The notes beneath the pieces were generated by a model. The model was given only the letters and a program-made list of their open reading frames with translations. It made no database searches and was not told where the DNA came from. This document shows, piece by piece, positions 47,128-57,431 of a DNA stretch of 64,000 nucleotides (the first letter of the stretch is position 1; each line of letters opens with the position of its first letter). Origin of the DNA: Phycisphaerae bacterium (GTDB lineage Bacteria > Planctomycetota > Phycisphaerae > UBA1845 > Fen-1342); contig CAXXWX010000017.1 in the NCBI GenBank assembly GCA_963675745.2, positions 58,097-122,096 on the forward strand. The letters are read 5' to 3'. Position numbers and translations under genes: made by a program.

Positions 47128-48708
47128 CGCGACGAAGGCGTCGATGTCCGCGTTGTTCAGCGTCGTGTCGTAATTGAGATCACCGAGTATATGTCGACAG
47201 TGTGCGTACGCCGTCTCGTAAGCCGCCAAATCCGTCAACGCGAGCACAAACGGATCAATGTCGCCATTGTTAACCACCTCATCGCAGTTAAGATCGCCAT
47301 ACTCACGCGACAGTAGTTCATACGCCCCTATATCCATGCGATGTCCCCCGTGGCCATCGCCGTCCCACTCGCGGTACAGGCCGTCCAGGTCCTCACACGG
47401 ATACCAGGTGGGGCAAATTAGCCCGGGCAGCCCATGATCGACAGCCGGTGAACCCGGCTTCAGGTGATAGTCGTTGTCACTCCACGTCATTGGGTCGCCG
47501 TCCAGGCCGTTCGGATCGTGAAACAACGGATCTCCTTCAATGTTGGTCCCGAAGTCACAACCAGTGTCACACAGGCAGTAGTCCATGACGATATGTCGAT
47601 GGTCTTCCGGATGGTCCCACAGAACGCAGCTCAACATGTCGGGTTTAGGATCACCGCCGGCGAATCCCTCGCGATATAGCAAGTCCCAGAACCACAAGGC
47701 CCTATTCGTCGCAATTGTACAGCCATTGACGGTCAGCGCTGAGTACGCTGTATCTGCATCATATATCGCGAATGCGCCGCCATACTCGCGCGCAGTATTC
47801 GACACAATGAGGCAGTTGTACACATTCGCCTCGTCGAATGACGCCACAGCGATCCCACCGCCACAGCCGGCGAAATTGCCCGCCATGACGCAATTTATGA
47901 CCCATATGTTGCCGCTTGAATAGATGCCACCGCCTCGGGCATCGGCGCGGTTGTTCTCAAGGACGCACTGCCTTAATGCACCAGTAGCGCCCTGCACGAA
48001 GATCCCGCCGCCGTGTGAACTACTTCCGGCCCCTTCGCAGATGTTGTCTGCGATGTCGCAGGAATGCACGCTGAGATAAGTGTAAGCCATACATATGCCA
48101 CCGCCCCCCCAGCGCGCGGAGTTACCCTTCACGTTTGAGTAGAGGAGTTCCGCGTACCCATGACTGTTGGCGTATACACCGCCGCCGTACCAGAGCGCCT
48201 CGTTGTTGGTGATCGTCGAGTTGACAATGCGGGGGGCCGCATACGAGCTTCCAAAGCGGCCAATGAATATGCCGCCGCCATCATACGCATAGCAGTCACG
48301 AATGATGCAGTTATCGATGGTAGGGGCGCTATCATTGTCGACATAAATCCCACCGCCGTAAATGGCGTTGCCGTTCTGTATCGTGACGCCCTGGAGGACC
48401 GCCTCGCGGGTCTCGCCGTTTTCTAACAGAAAGCCGCGGCCAGCGCCTTCGCAATCAATCACGCACTGCTCCGGCGTCGAAACAGATCGGATCGTGATCT
48501 GTTTGCCACTGACGTCGATATCTCGGTTGCCAACTCCGACATACGTGCCTTCAGCAAGCGTCACCACATCACCGTCGATGCAAGCGTCTACCGCAGCCTG
48601 AATCGTCGGATACTCGCTCGGGACGTGCCTTTCCGTCGCGTGCAGGTGGACACCAAGCGCTACGACTGCAACCGCCGTCAGAATGCTCCGCGCAATTCGC
48701 GTGTACAT
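47113..48708 (-). CDS. Secreted parallel beta-helix protein with C-terminal dockerin-like domain
   Basis: Signal peptide; HVPSEYPTIQAAVD; N.A..GGGI repeats; YHLKPGSPAVDHG; DIGAYE; GDLNCDEVVNNGDIDPFV. Confidence 0.87.
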   Translation of the reverse strand: MYTRIARSILTAVAVVALGVHLHATERHVPSEYPTIQAAVDACIDGDVVTLAEGTYVGVGNRDIDVSGKQITIRSVSTPEQCVIDCEGAGRGFLLENGETREAVLQGVTIQNGNAIYGGGIYVDNDSAPTIDNCIIRDCYAYDGGGIFIGRFGSSYAAPRIVNSTITNNEALWYGGGVYANSHGYAELLYSNVKGNSARWGGGGICMAYTYLSVHSCDIADNICEGAGSSSHGGGIFVQGATGALRQCVLENNRADARGGGIYSSGNIWVINCVMAGNFAGCGGGIAVASFDEANVYNCLIVSNTAREYGGAFAIYDADTAYSALTVNGCTIATNRALWFWDLLYREGFAGGDPKPDMLSCVLWDHPEDHRHIVMDYCLCDTGCDFGTNIEGDPLFHDPNGLDGDPMTWSDNDYHLKPGSPAVDHGLPGLICPTWYPCEDLDGLYREWDGDGHGGHRMDIGAYELLSREYGDLNCDEVVNNGDIDPFVLALTDLAAYETAYAHCRHILGDLNYDTTLNNADIDAFVALLGG

Positions 48709-48755
48709 CGCTCTCCCCTTGTCACATGCACCGCCAGTTTCGTTGGCGGCTGAGT

Positions 48756-49906
48756 TCACCTGCTCCCTGTCAGCAGCGTCACGAAGGCGTCGATGTCCGC
48801 GTTATTGATCCACCCGTCGCTGTTACAGTCCGCGAGATACGGATTGCAGTCAGGGTACATCAAGATGTAAGTTGCCGTGTCTGTCAGCGCGAGCACGAAC
48901 GGGTCAATGTCACCGTTGTTCACCACGCCGTCGCAGTTCAGGTCTCCGGTAAACGCGACTATCGCGAGCCTGAACCCGAGCAAGACTGTTTGCACGCCGG
49001 GGATGATCTCGAACCGGTACGATGAACGCAGGAATTCGACCCCACCGTCGAACTGCCCGCCGCGAAAGCCTCTGCCGGTGGCGGTAACTGCGTCCTCGTT
49101 CCACTCCTGGACGTTGCCACCCATATCGAACGCCCCATACGGGCTTGGGCTGTTCTCGAATTCGCCCACGACGGTTCGCGCGTACGGGAGGCCGATCGAG
49201 TGGCCGCCGTCCCAGAAGTTCGCGTTGTTACCGGGATCGGGTTCGATCACCTGATTGCTGGGCGGAGCGTCATTGCCCGTCGGGTAAGTGAAGTAGTTGC
49301 CTGTGACGCCGTCGTTGGCGTGATACGCGGCCTTGTACCACTCGTCCTCAGACGGAATGACCCAGGTGGCGTACGGGGCGCGAGTGATCGTGATCAGGTC
49401 CTCGTGACTGGTCGCACCGTCAAGCAGGTATGAGCCGCCCTCAGTCGTGCTCAGGTTCTGCGGGCCAACAGGTTGACCGTTGTGCACCCAGTTCGCGAAT
49501 CGCGCGGCATCTCCCCACGATACGCGGTTGACTGGCTGATCCTCCCAGCCCGCCGCAACCCGATAGGTATAAGCGCCTGGCTCACCTAGTCGCTCGATCT
49601 TGCAGCCGTAGTCGTTGTCCCACATGACGGCGTCGTAGAGCTCGTGTGTATCCGTTGCTGCAACCGCATTCAGGAACTCGGCGTACTGGCCGGCAGTCAC
49701 TTCGTACATGCCGATCTCGTAGCGATAACCCACTGCGCCGCAGATTCGGTCAGGGCCTACGCCGCCGGCGCCCGCGCCCGATAGCTCCCCCGCGTTGGCC
49801 GGGTTTCCGATGGCGACGGTGTCGATGACTACCTCTGCTCGCACGATCTTTGCGCATCCCAATGCCACAACCCAACGACCCGGGCAAGTGCAGCAACTGC
49901 ACGCAT
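48756..49906 (-). CDS. Secreted FGE-sulfatase (SUMF1-like) domain protein with C-terminal dockerin-like domain; apparent frameshift in the signal region
   Basis: IGMYEVTAGQYAEFLN, PVNRVSWGDAARFANW, PSEDEWYKAAY, SPYGAFDMGGNVQEW, RGG, LGFRLA; GAGGAGG before ATG 49906, which is out of frame with the ORF from 49868. Confidence 0.85.
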
Positions 49907-49948
49907 ATCCCTTTCCTCCTCGACTCGCGATGTGGATGCCGCTGCCTG

Positions 49949-52281
49949 CTACCCGCCGAGCAGCACCACAAGATAATCAATGTCTCCGTTATTAATCAGC
50001 CCGTCTTCGTTCGTATCGCCGTGCATGTGGTCACAGTCCGGGAACAGTTGCACGTACGCGCTCGGATCGGTGAGAGCGAGCACAAACGCATCGATGTCCC
50101 CGTTGTTAGCCAAGCCGTCGCAATTCAGGTCCCCAGTGCATGGGCTAACTGGGTTGTTTGCATCCGCCCCGTACTCGTAGACCCCGATGTCAATCATCTC
50201 GAACCAGTAACTCGACAGTCCCGTGTTTGGCGTGCTGGCGTCGTCGTGAAACCGGTTGTTGCCATCCAGGTCCAGGGGCGCTCTCTCCGCGAAGCACCCA
50301 TCCCCATCCGCATCGGTGCCGTCACGGGCCGATAGCCAGACACTCCCGGCGTCGATGCAAGGCGAACCAGCCGTCAAGTGGTAATCCCCTGGCTGCCAGA
50401 AATCGTCGTTCGGGTCACCGGGCGTGCCGCCGTCATCCCAGCAGCCGAATGCCACAAATCGCGGCGAATCACTGAATACGCCCTCACCCGGAGCACCGCC
50501 CTCAACGCAACTAAACGCCACGCTTGGCACGTCACCAGTATTGGGATCAGCAAGTTGATCGGGAGGTTGTCCCACAGCACCGAGTTAGTGACTTGGACGG
50601 TCCCGGACACACCTCCACCGCCAGGGGCACTCTGATTTCCCACGACTACGCAGTTCGCCAACAGCCCAGTTCCGTCAACGGCCGCCCCCCGAACTGCGAT
50701 ACTCCCTTCCAATACAGAGTTAGTGATCACACCACCACCGTACACGGTCCCCCCTAAAGTGGGGCCAAGCAAGGCGTAGTTCTGCAGGCTCGCGCCATTA
50801 TTCCGAAAGATGCACGAGTCAATCGCGTTGCTCCCACATATCGCGCCACCAAGCCACGCGCTGTTCTCTGCGAATTCGCAATGACTGATCTGTGCCGAGT
50901 CAATCATCAAGGCCCCACCACGCCCGGGGACGACAATAGCTTCACAGTTGTCGTTGAGTGCGAAGTTGCCAAGAAAGTGACAGTCGTCAATCTGGACCTC
51001 CGCGTCACTGCCCATAATGGCTCCACCACGTGCATTGCATCCGTACGCGAAGTTGGCCACAAATGAGGAGTTACTGACCTTGGCAGTTCCCCCTTCCAGG
51101 CGAATCGCGCCGCCCCGCCCCGCTTGATTTTCTGTGAACGTGCAGTTTGATATCGTCGCATCGCAATCGATAAGGCGCAGTACGCCGCTACCGTAAAGAG
51201 GGATCGACCAAACGGAGGCGCCGCAGTTTTCAGTGAAGTCAGTATTGTCACAAGACACCACGGTATCGCTCGCCTCGATAACGCCAGCCCACCTGCCATC
51301 GTTGCGCTCGAACCGCGAGTTCACGCAAGTGAAACTACCGCCCGTCTGCGATATGAGGCTGTGCATGCTGTAATCACCATTATCGGCAAAATCGCAGTCC
51401 GCGACAAACACATCAGCAGGGGCTGCTATCGTAATCATGGGCCAGCTGTATGGCGGATAACAATCAGTTATTTCGCAGTTGAGTAGGTTCATGGAGCCGC
51501 TGAGACTTAGGCCTGTGCAGCCTGTGAATGTAGAATAAGAAACAGTGCCTGTTCCGCCGAGTCCCACCGCGTCATGGCCAAAACCACCGATGGTAGTAAA
51601 CTCACAGTTGCCAATGGTGAGCACTGGGCTCCATAAAAACACAGTCCAAGCGTCCATATTCCAGAGGCTAGTGAATGTACAGTCTTCGATGGTAAGAATC
51701 GGGCTCGACAGGTGTATCGCGGTTGTGTCTGGCGAGGACACGTCATGAAAACAACAATTGTAAATACTGATCATGCTGGCCTGCATGTGTATCACGGTAT
51801 CTGAAGACCATAGCGCTGAGCCCAGGGACATGTCACGCACCGATAGTGGCACGGTCGGTCCGGTGAAGGAAAAGAGGACGACGGAGTCGTGTTGGGCGTC
51901 GTTGGGATCAATGTCACCGGATAGCGATGTGGGATGGAGTGTGGAATCGACAGCATTGGGGTCACCCGCACCGATGCCCGCGTATGCGCCGGCTAGAACG
52001 AGTGCCGTGCTTGCACGAAAGGCAGCATTGGGGTCGAGGGGTGTGACCAAACCGGCTTCATCGAAGTCCGGCGTGTATGTGCCCCCGGCAATGCGTATCT
52101 CGGTGAGGTTCGGGTCCGCCTCCGCCGCGTACAGGGCGTCCTGGAGGTAGCGATACGCCGTGTTCCAGGTCTGACCATCTCCACCGAGTGGAGCGTCATC
52201 ATCGACATAGATGATCTCAGCGTTGAGCGATGGAACGAGAATCAAGCCCACTAGCCCCGCCAATACAAGGATCTTGCACAT
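49949..52281 (-). CDS. Secreted parallel beta-helix protein with dockerin-like C-terminus; one apparent frameshift at about 50562
   Basis: Signal peptide; IYVDDDAP..GDGQTWNTAY..LQDAL; GGAI repeats. Joining 50374..52311 to 49949..50575 restores LWDNLPDQL...YHLTAGSPCIDAG...IDIGVYE...GDLNCDG. Confidence 0.83.
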
Positions 52282-52320
52282 GTCCCATCCTCCTCGACTC
52301 GCGACGTGCACCCCTGCTGA

Positions 52321-54036
52321 CTACTCGCCGAGAAGCGCGACAAACACGTCAATGTCACCATTGTTTACGAGCCCATCCGCATTCATGTCCGCGTACCCAC
52401 GCACGCACTCGGGATGCTCGCCGCCGTACGCGGCCGGGTCGGTTATCGCCAAGACAAATGGGTCGATGTCTCCGTTGTTCAACACCTTATCGCAGTTCAG
52501 GTCGCCGAACGGAATCTCGTAGGGACCTAGATCGACTAGTCCGCGCATGACGCGCTGTGATGCGTCGAGGTCCCAAGGCACTTGTTCATCCAGGTCGCCG
52601 TCCTCATCAACGTCTGCGCGGTCGGGTGGTATCAGGTCGTTGCTGCCCATGTCAACGCACGGGGATGCGAACGACAATCGATAATCCTGCGGCGGATCGC
52701 GGAATGCCGGATCAGAATCGATCACCTGCGACCCCCAATCGACATAAGCGCCACCGCCGAACCAGAAGCGGAGGGGGTTTGTAATGCAGGAGTGCGAGAT
52801 TCGAAACACGCGCAGATAATCCACCGCAACGTCGTCTCCGATCGCTGCCGTATTGTTGAAGAGAATGCCGTTGTGAAAGCCGAACGTGTAATCGCCGAGC
52901 GCGTACACACCACCACCGTAGAAATCGCAGCTATTGTTGCTCAGATTGCATCCGATGAGTTCAATGTCCGATTCGGTTACAGAGACCCCGCCGCCGTAGT
53001 ATGTGGCGTGGTTACCGACGATCAGGCAGTTATGGATGGGATGCTCAACCTCTGTGGCGACATATAGTCCGCCACCCATCACATGCGCGACATTGTCGCG
53101 TATTTCACAATTGGCGATCCGCCCGCCGTCCACGGTAGTCGAGCCGGTATCACTCAGGGCCACTCCGCCGCCGCGCTCGGCCTCATTGTTGGCAATCACG
53201 CAAGAGGCGATGCAAGTGTCATCACCGAGAGTTATGATACCTCCACCAAGGCCCAGCCCATCGCTGCCATTGGCCAAGTTATGCTCGATCGTGCAGTGGC
53301 GAACAGTTGCCCGCTGTCCTACGAGAAGACCGCCTCCGCTTGGACTTTCATTATTCGTGATCGTACATCGTTCCATGATGGGGCGTTGATTGTAAAACCC
53401 CAGACGCGCCGCGCCGCCCCACTCTCCCGCCGAGTTATCGGTGAATGAGCACTCACTGATCTCCACGGCCCCAATGGCGTAAAGCGCGCCACCGCTGTTG
53501 TGCGTCGAGTGGTTGTTCCTGAAGCGACAGCGTACCACCTGGGAGCGACGGGGTTGCGTCGCATTGAATACGACGATGGACAGCGCCGCGCCTCCGCCGA
53601 ACTCGATGCAGTTTGCGAAGGTGAGACCATCGACGGATGCAACATGATCATCCTCGCCCGTGAAGGCGAATCCTGTTCGAAGTCCTTCGCCATCGATTGT
53701 GCAGGTGTTGGGGTCGCCGAGGAGCGACCGGATGGTGATTGCTAACGGTGGCACATAGACACCCGTGTTGCCATCTCCGGTGTACGTGCCAGGCGCGAGC
53801 GTCACGACATCGCCGTCCACGCAGGCGTCCACGGCGGCCTGAATCGTCGTATACTGACTCGGCACATGCCGCTCTTCGGCGTGAGCAGTGCATGCGATGG
53901 CCACGACAGCAACCAGCGCGGACATCCCATATGAACGCCTCTGTCCCCAGGTCGGATGCCGCCGTTTTCGACTCCGAGCTCTCTGTGGGCATCGGCGATC
54001 AGTGCACTTGGCAATTCCCCTCGAACTGAGGATCAA
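52321..54036 (-). CDS. Secreted parallel beta-helix protein with dockerin-like C-terminus (start uncertain, possibly 53925)
   Basis: ALVAVVAIACTAHA|EERHVPSQYTTIQAAVD; GGG repeats; YRLSFASPCVDMG; VDLGPYE; GDLNCD; paralog of 47113-48708. Confidence 0.85.
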   Translation of the reverse strand: MILSSRGIAKCTDRRCPQRARSRKRRHPTWGQRRSYGMSALVAVVAIACTAHAEERHVPSQYTTIQAAVDACVDGDVVTLAPGTYTGDGNTGVYVPPLAITIRSLLGDPNTCTIDGEGLRTGFAFTGEDDHVASVDGLTFANCIEFGGGAALSIVVFNATQPRRSQVVRCRFRNNHSTHNSGGALYAIGAVEISECSFTDNSAGEWGGAARLGFYNQRPIMERCTITNNESPSGGGLLVGQRATVRHCTIEHNLANGSDGLGLGGGIITLGDDTCIASCVIANNEAERGGGVALSDTGSTTVDGGRIANCEIRDNVAHVMGGGLYVATEVEHPIHNCLIVGNHATYYGGGVSVTESDIELIGCNLSNNSCDFYGGGVYALGDYTFGFHNGILFNNTAAIGDDVAVDYLRVFRISHSCITNPLRFWFGGGAYVDWGSQVIDSDPAFRDPPQDYRLSFASPCVDMGSNDLIPPDRADVDEDGDLDEQVPWDLDASQRVMRGLVDLGPYEIPFGDLNCDKVLNNGDIDPFVLAITDPAAYGGEHPECVRGYADMNADGLVNNGDIDVFVALLGE

Positions 54037-54187
54037 GAATTGCCAGCATGCTTGCAGTCATGTCATGGGCCGAGCAGCCAGCAGCTCAACGTCGAGCCAA
54101 GATCTGCATGACTCTCCACACAACTCGGCATCGGACGCGATTGGGGGTGACTCCCGACATCGGTGTCCGCTGGCTGCTGGGCATCGG

Positions 54188-56905
54188 CTAAGTTGGTCCG
54201 CAGCCACGATACCCGCCACGGCGTGACTGTATCAAACCAACAACAGCCGCTGTCAACATCAGGAAGCTTGATCCCGAGCACACCGGTAAGTCAAACGAGC
54301 AGCCGTCGAAATCCGCAGGTGTACCTGGCAGTGTGTCGCAGCACTGGTCATCGCAGTTGTTGACTCCGTCGCCGTCACCGTCCAGCTGGCTGCACAAGCA
54401 GCCGGTTCCATCCACAGCCGCGCCGGGCGGCGTGCCGGGACATTCGTCCTGGCTGTCACGTACCCCATCACCGTCCTCGTCATCGTCCGCTGGTTCAGGT
54501 AGGTAGAGCTGCTGTGTTTCCTGAGCGCTCACCAGCCCATCGCTCAGGTCATGTTGGCCCTGCAAACAACCGCTTCCGTCCACCACCGGGTCCAACGGCG
54601 TGTCGGGACACTGGTCATCGCAGTTGTCGATTCCGTCTCGATCAGCATCCATCTGGCTGCATGAGCAACCGCTTTCGTCCACCTCTTGACCCGGGAGCGT
54701 GTCGGCGCACTCGTCGACGCAGTTGTCGATTCCGTCCTGGTCGTCATCCACCTGGCTGCACGCGCAGCCGCTTTCATCCACAGCCGCGCCGCGCGGCGTC
54801 CCGAGACATTCGTCGAGGCTGTCGGGGACTCCGTCATCATCACCGTCCGCGTCTTCAGGGGGCACCATAATGATGCAGTCGGTCGCAGAGAAGGCCGTGC
54901 CGTCCAGGAGAGCCCCGGAGAGAGTAAGTCGCACGGCCTCGCCGACTTGGACGTCAGTGGGCATTAGACTGGCCACCACGTCCGCCGTGGAAAACTGCAT
55001 CGACAGGTCCATGATTCCGTCGCCACCAGCCGAATGGCAGTCGCATAACTGGCCTTCGAACGGCGTACCGATGTCCTCGTGTGAGAAACCGGGCTCCGGC
55101 GGTTCGCTCACCGGCTCGACGAAGCCGCCGACACCGTCAGCCCGCGCAAGCAAGAGAGTGGATAGGTCAACCTGCGACACGTCGAAATTCATCGCTCCAA
55201 GCAGGGCGACCGGCAACTTCCCCTGGCTCATGCTGTCCAGAGGATTGGGGCAGGAACCGGGCCTGATGTCGAGCGAAGGAGCTATTGAACTTCTCAGGAC
55301 TCTCCAAGTGCCAGTGTTGATGCTGTCGGCGCTGAACCGCAACGTGTCGGTCTGACTGGCCCAGTCCCAGACGTATAGCTCATCCGCGTCGGAAACGAAC
55401 AGGAACTTCGAGCCATCCGGAGAGACATCCATTAGTGACCGCAAACAAATACCGTTGGCGCACGCGGGCCGCACCTCGAAATCGTACGCGGCGCAAGGCC
55501 CGCCGGAAGCGAAGGCCTTACCAACGATCGCCCGTGGAGGACTGGTTCCTTCCGAGGTGCCATGGTGCCAGTAAACCGTTTGCCCATCTGCGCTCCAGTG
55601 GGGCTCGAAATCCTCATGGTTGTCATCGGTATCTTCGTACAGGCAGCGCCCACACTCGTCCCCCGCGGGTGGATCGTTGAGCGCACACGCCACATCCGCG
55701 ACGAAGATGTCCATCGTGGGCGTCCAGCAACCGCGCTGGGCAGCCAGCGCCATGTTCCGACCGTCAGATGAAATGTCGAAGGAGCGCATCTCCCGATGTC
55801 CCAAGAAACCGCTCGGGATGACAACTGTCTCGTTGAGGGGATTGTCCGGATCATCCACGTCGATCCGCCGGATCTCGCGATGGCAGGTCTGCAGATTCAC
55901 CGGATAGTATAGCGTCCGGTTGTCATACCACTGCAGCAGCCAGCAGTAGATGTCTGTTGCCTGACGCTTGCCACTGCCATCCAGATTCATGACCCACGTG
56001 GACACGCCGCCGACCGTGAATGCGATTCGGCTTCCGTCCGGCGAGATCTCTGGATCGCAGGCATCATCATCAACATCAGCGGTGAGGTTCGTCAGCTGCG
56101 TGCCATCAGGATTCATGATGTAGATGTCGTTGTGCCCGCCCGCCACCTGACGTGCCGAAAACACGATCTTCTCATCTGATTCTGATTCGGAGACGATTTG
56201 GAGATTGTCGGCAAAGGCAGGTCCGCCACCTTGCCATCCACGATAATAAAACCGGGCAACGCCATCATAGGCGGGATCGAGCGTGTTCGTCGTGGTCCAG
56301 AGGTGTTCCCAGTCAAACCCGCCGCCGCCGCCATCTCTGTCGATCCAATACTCCACACGGAGGTCCGGGCGAATCACGATGCGACCACGAACGCACTGTT
56401 CGCTCACGTACCCTCCTGGTATCACCAGTTGCTCCAGGCTGTTCGGGTCATGGTGGTTGATGAGCATTCGTATATTCCTGGCGTTGGACGCGCTCTTATT
56501 GAAGACCATGTCCACGAGACGGGACTTGCCCGGGTTGTCACTGAATGGTGACAAGCCGAAACCGACGTCCGTGTAGTGGCAACCACTACCTGAAAGCCAC
56601 GCGTCCGACTCGATCACGAGTGACGTGCCGACGTACTCGGCTCTGTACACCTTATGCCAGGCGAAACCAGCCTGCATGTGGCCACCGCCGCCCATGGCCA
56701 GGCTTGGCGGCGGACACCCGCCGTCCTTCGTGACATACGGCGCGTGGTGCCCACCGTCCTCCGACGTGAACAGCCATTCGTCGTAAGTCCCGGGGGCATC
56801 CCAGCTCTCGGACAGCAGCACGTCGGCGTTTGCCGTTGGAACACCGATCGCCAGCACAATGAAGCCCATCCAACCCATACCCATGGTCACGGTTTGTGCG
56901 TTCAT
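54188..56905 (-). CDS. Secreted multidomain protein: lectin-like N-terminus, TolB/PD40 propeller, DIRPGSCPNP domain, thrombospondin type-3-like Ca-binding repeats, C-terminal TM anchor
   Basis: DIYIMNPDGT, PEISPDGSRIAF, PHWSADG; six D.D.DG....D.C..T....VD..GC repeats; terminal CSGSSFLMLTAAVVGLIQSRR. Confidence 0.83.
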   Translation of the reverse strand: MNAQTVTMGMGWMGFIVLAIGVPTANADVLLSESWDAPGTYDEWLFTSEDGGHHAPYVTKDGGCPPPSLAMGGGGHMQAGFAWHKVYRAEYVGTSLVIESDAWLSGSGCHYTDVGFGLSPFSDNPGKSRLVDMVFNKSASNARNIRMLINHHDPNSLEQLVIPGGYVSEQCVRGRIVIRPDLRVEYWIDRDGGGGGFDWEHLWTTTNTLDPAYDGVARFYYRGWQGGGPAFADNLQIVSESESDEKIVFSARQVAGGHNDIYIMNPDGTQLTNLTADVDDDACDPEISPDGSRIAFTVGGVSTWVMNLDGSGKRQATDIYCWLLQWYDNRTLYYPVNLQTCHREIRRIDVDDPDNPLNETVVIPSGFLGHREMRSFDISSDGRNMALAAQRGCWTPTMDIFVADVACALNDPPAGDECGRCLYEDTDDNHEDFEPHWSADGQTVYWHHGTSEGTSPPRAIVGKAFASGGPCAAYDFEVRPACANGICLRSLMDVSPDGSKFLFVSDADELYVWDWASQTDTLRFSADSINTGTWRVLRSSIAPSLDIRPGSCPNPLDSMSQGKLPVALLGAMNFDVSQVDLSTLLLARADGVGGFVEPVSEPPEPGFSHEDIGTPFEGQLCDCHSAGGDGIMDLSMQFSTADVVASLMPTDVQVGEAVRLTLSGALLDGTAFSATDCIIMVPPEDADGDDDGVPDSLDECLGTPRGAAVDESGCACSQVDDDQDGIDNCVDECADTLPGQEVDESGCSCSQMDADRDGIDNCDDQCPDTPLDPVVDGSGCLQGQHDLSDGLVSAQETQQLYLPEPADDDEDGDGVRDSQDECPGTPPGAAVDGTGCLCSQLDGDGDGVNNCDDQCCDTLPGTPADFDGCSFDLPVCSGSSFLMLTAAVVGLIQSRRGGYRGCGPT

Positions 56906-57431
56906 AGCAGATTTCCCTTCATGCTTGCCGATGTCTCGGCGACGATCGGAATCGAGCCGTGCAAACAAGTCCACCGCGTCCCACGGCGCTGCACTCGCTC
57001 CACCTGTCTGTACGCACTGATCAGAAAGACCTTACTCGCGATATCCGGCTTTCTCAGAGGTAGCGGTTCGACCGCTGCCCTATGAGCTTTGCCCGGGGGA
57101 ACTCAACACCAGCACGGGCGCTCGGCAAGGCCTTCGCCGCTCCCGGATGAGGCTGACGAGAGAGGTGCGCGCAGACGCACCGGGTAGCCCGTGTCGCGGA
57201 CGGCGAGAGCTTGAACATCCAAGACTGGCCGGAGTTGCCAGCACCAAACCGCACCACTCTACTCCGGAAATCCGGGGCCATCGCTTCGAGCGCCGCCGGG
57301 CCCTTCCACCGCTGGTCGCATGAGCGTGGTTCCAGCGCACTTCCCGCCTCGCTATACTGCGGGAGTTGATCGTGCGATGCGCGCACCTGTCGTCGTCGAC
57401 AGTCCGGGGCTTGAAACTTGGGGAAGTCGCC

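Noticed and set aside
48950..49100. Diversity-generating retroelement target in the FGE-sulfatase C-terminus
   Set aside because: No reverse transcriptase and no adenine-variant template repeat seen in the window; cannot exclude one acting in trans.
47113..54036. Cellulosome
   Set aside because: No cohesin/scaffoldin recognised, and the dockerin-like tails are not on the glycoside hydrolases.
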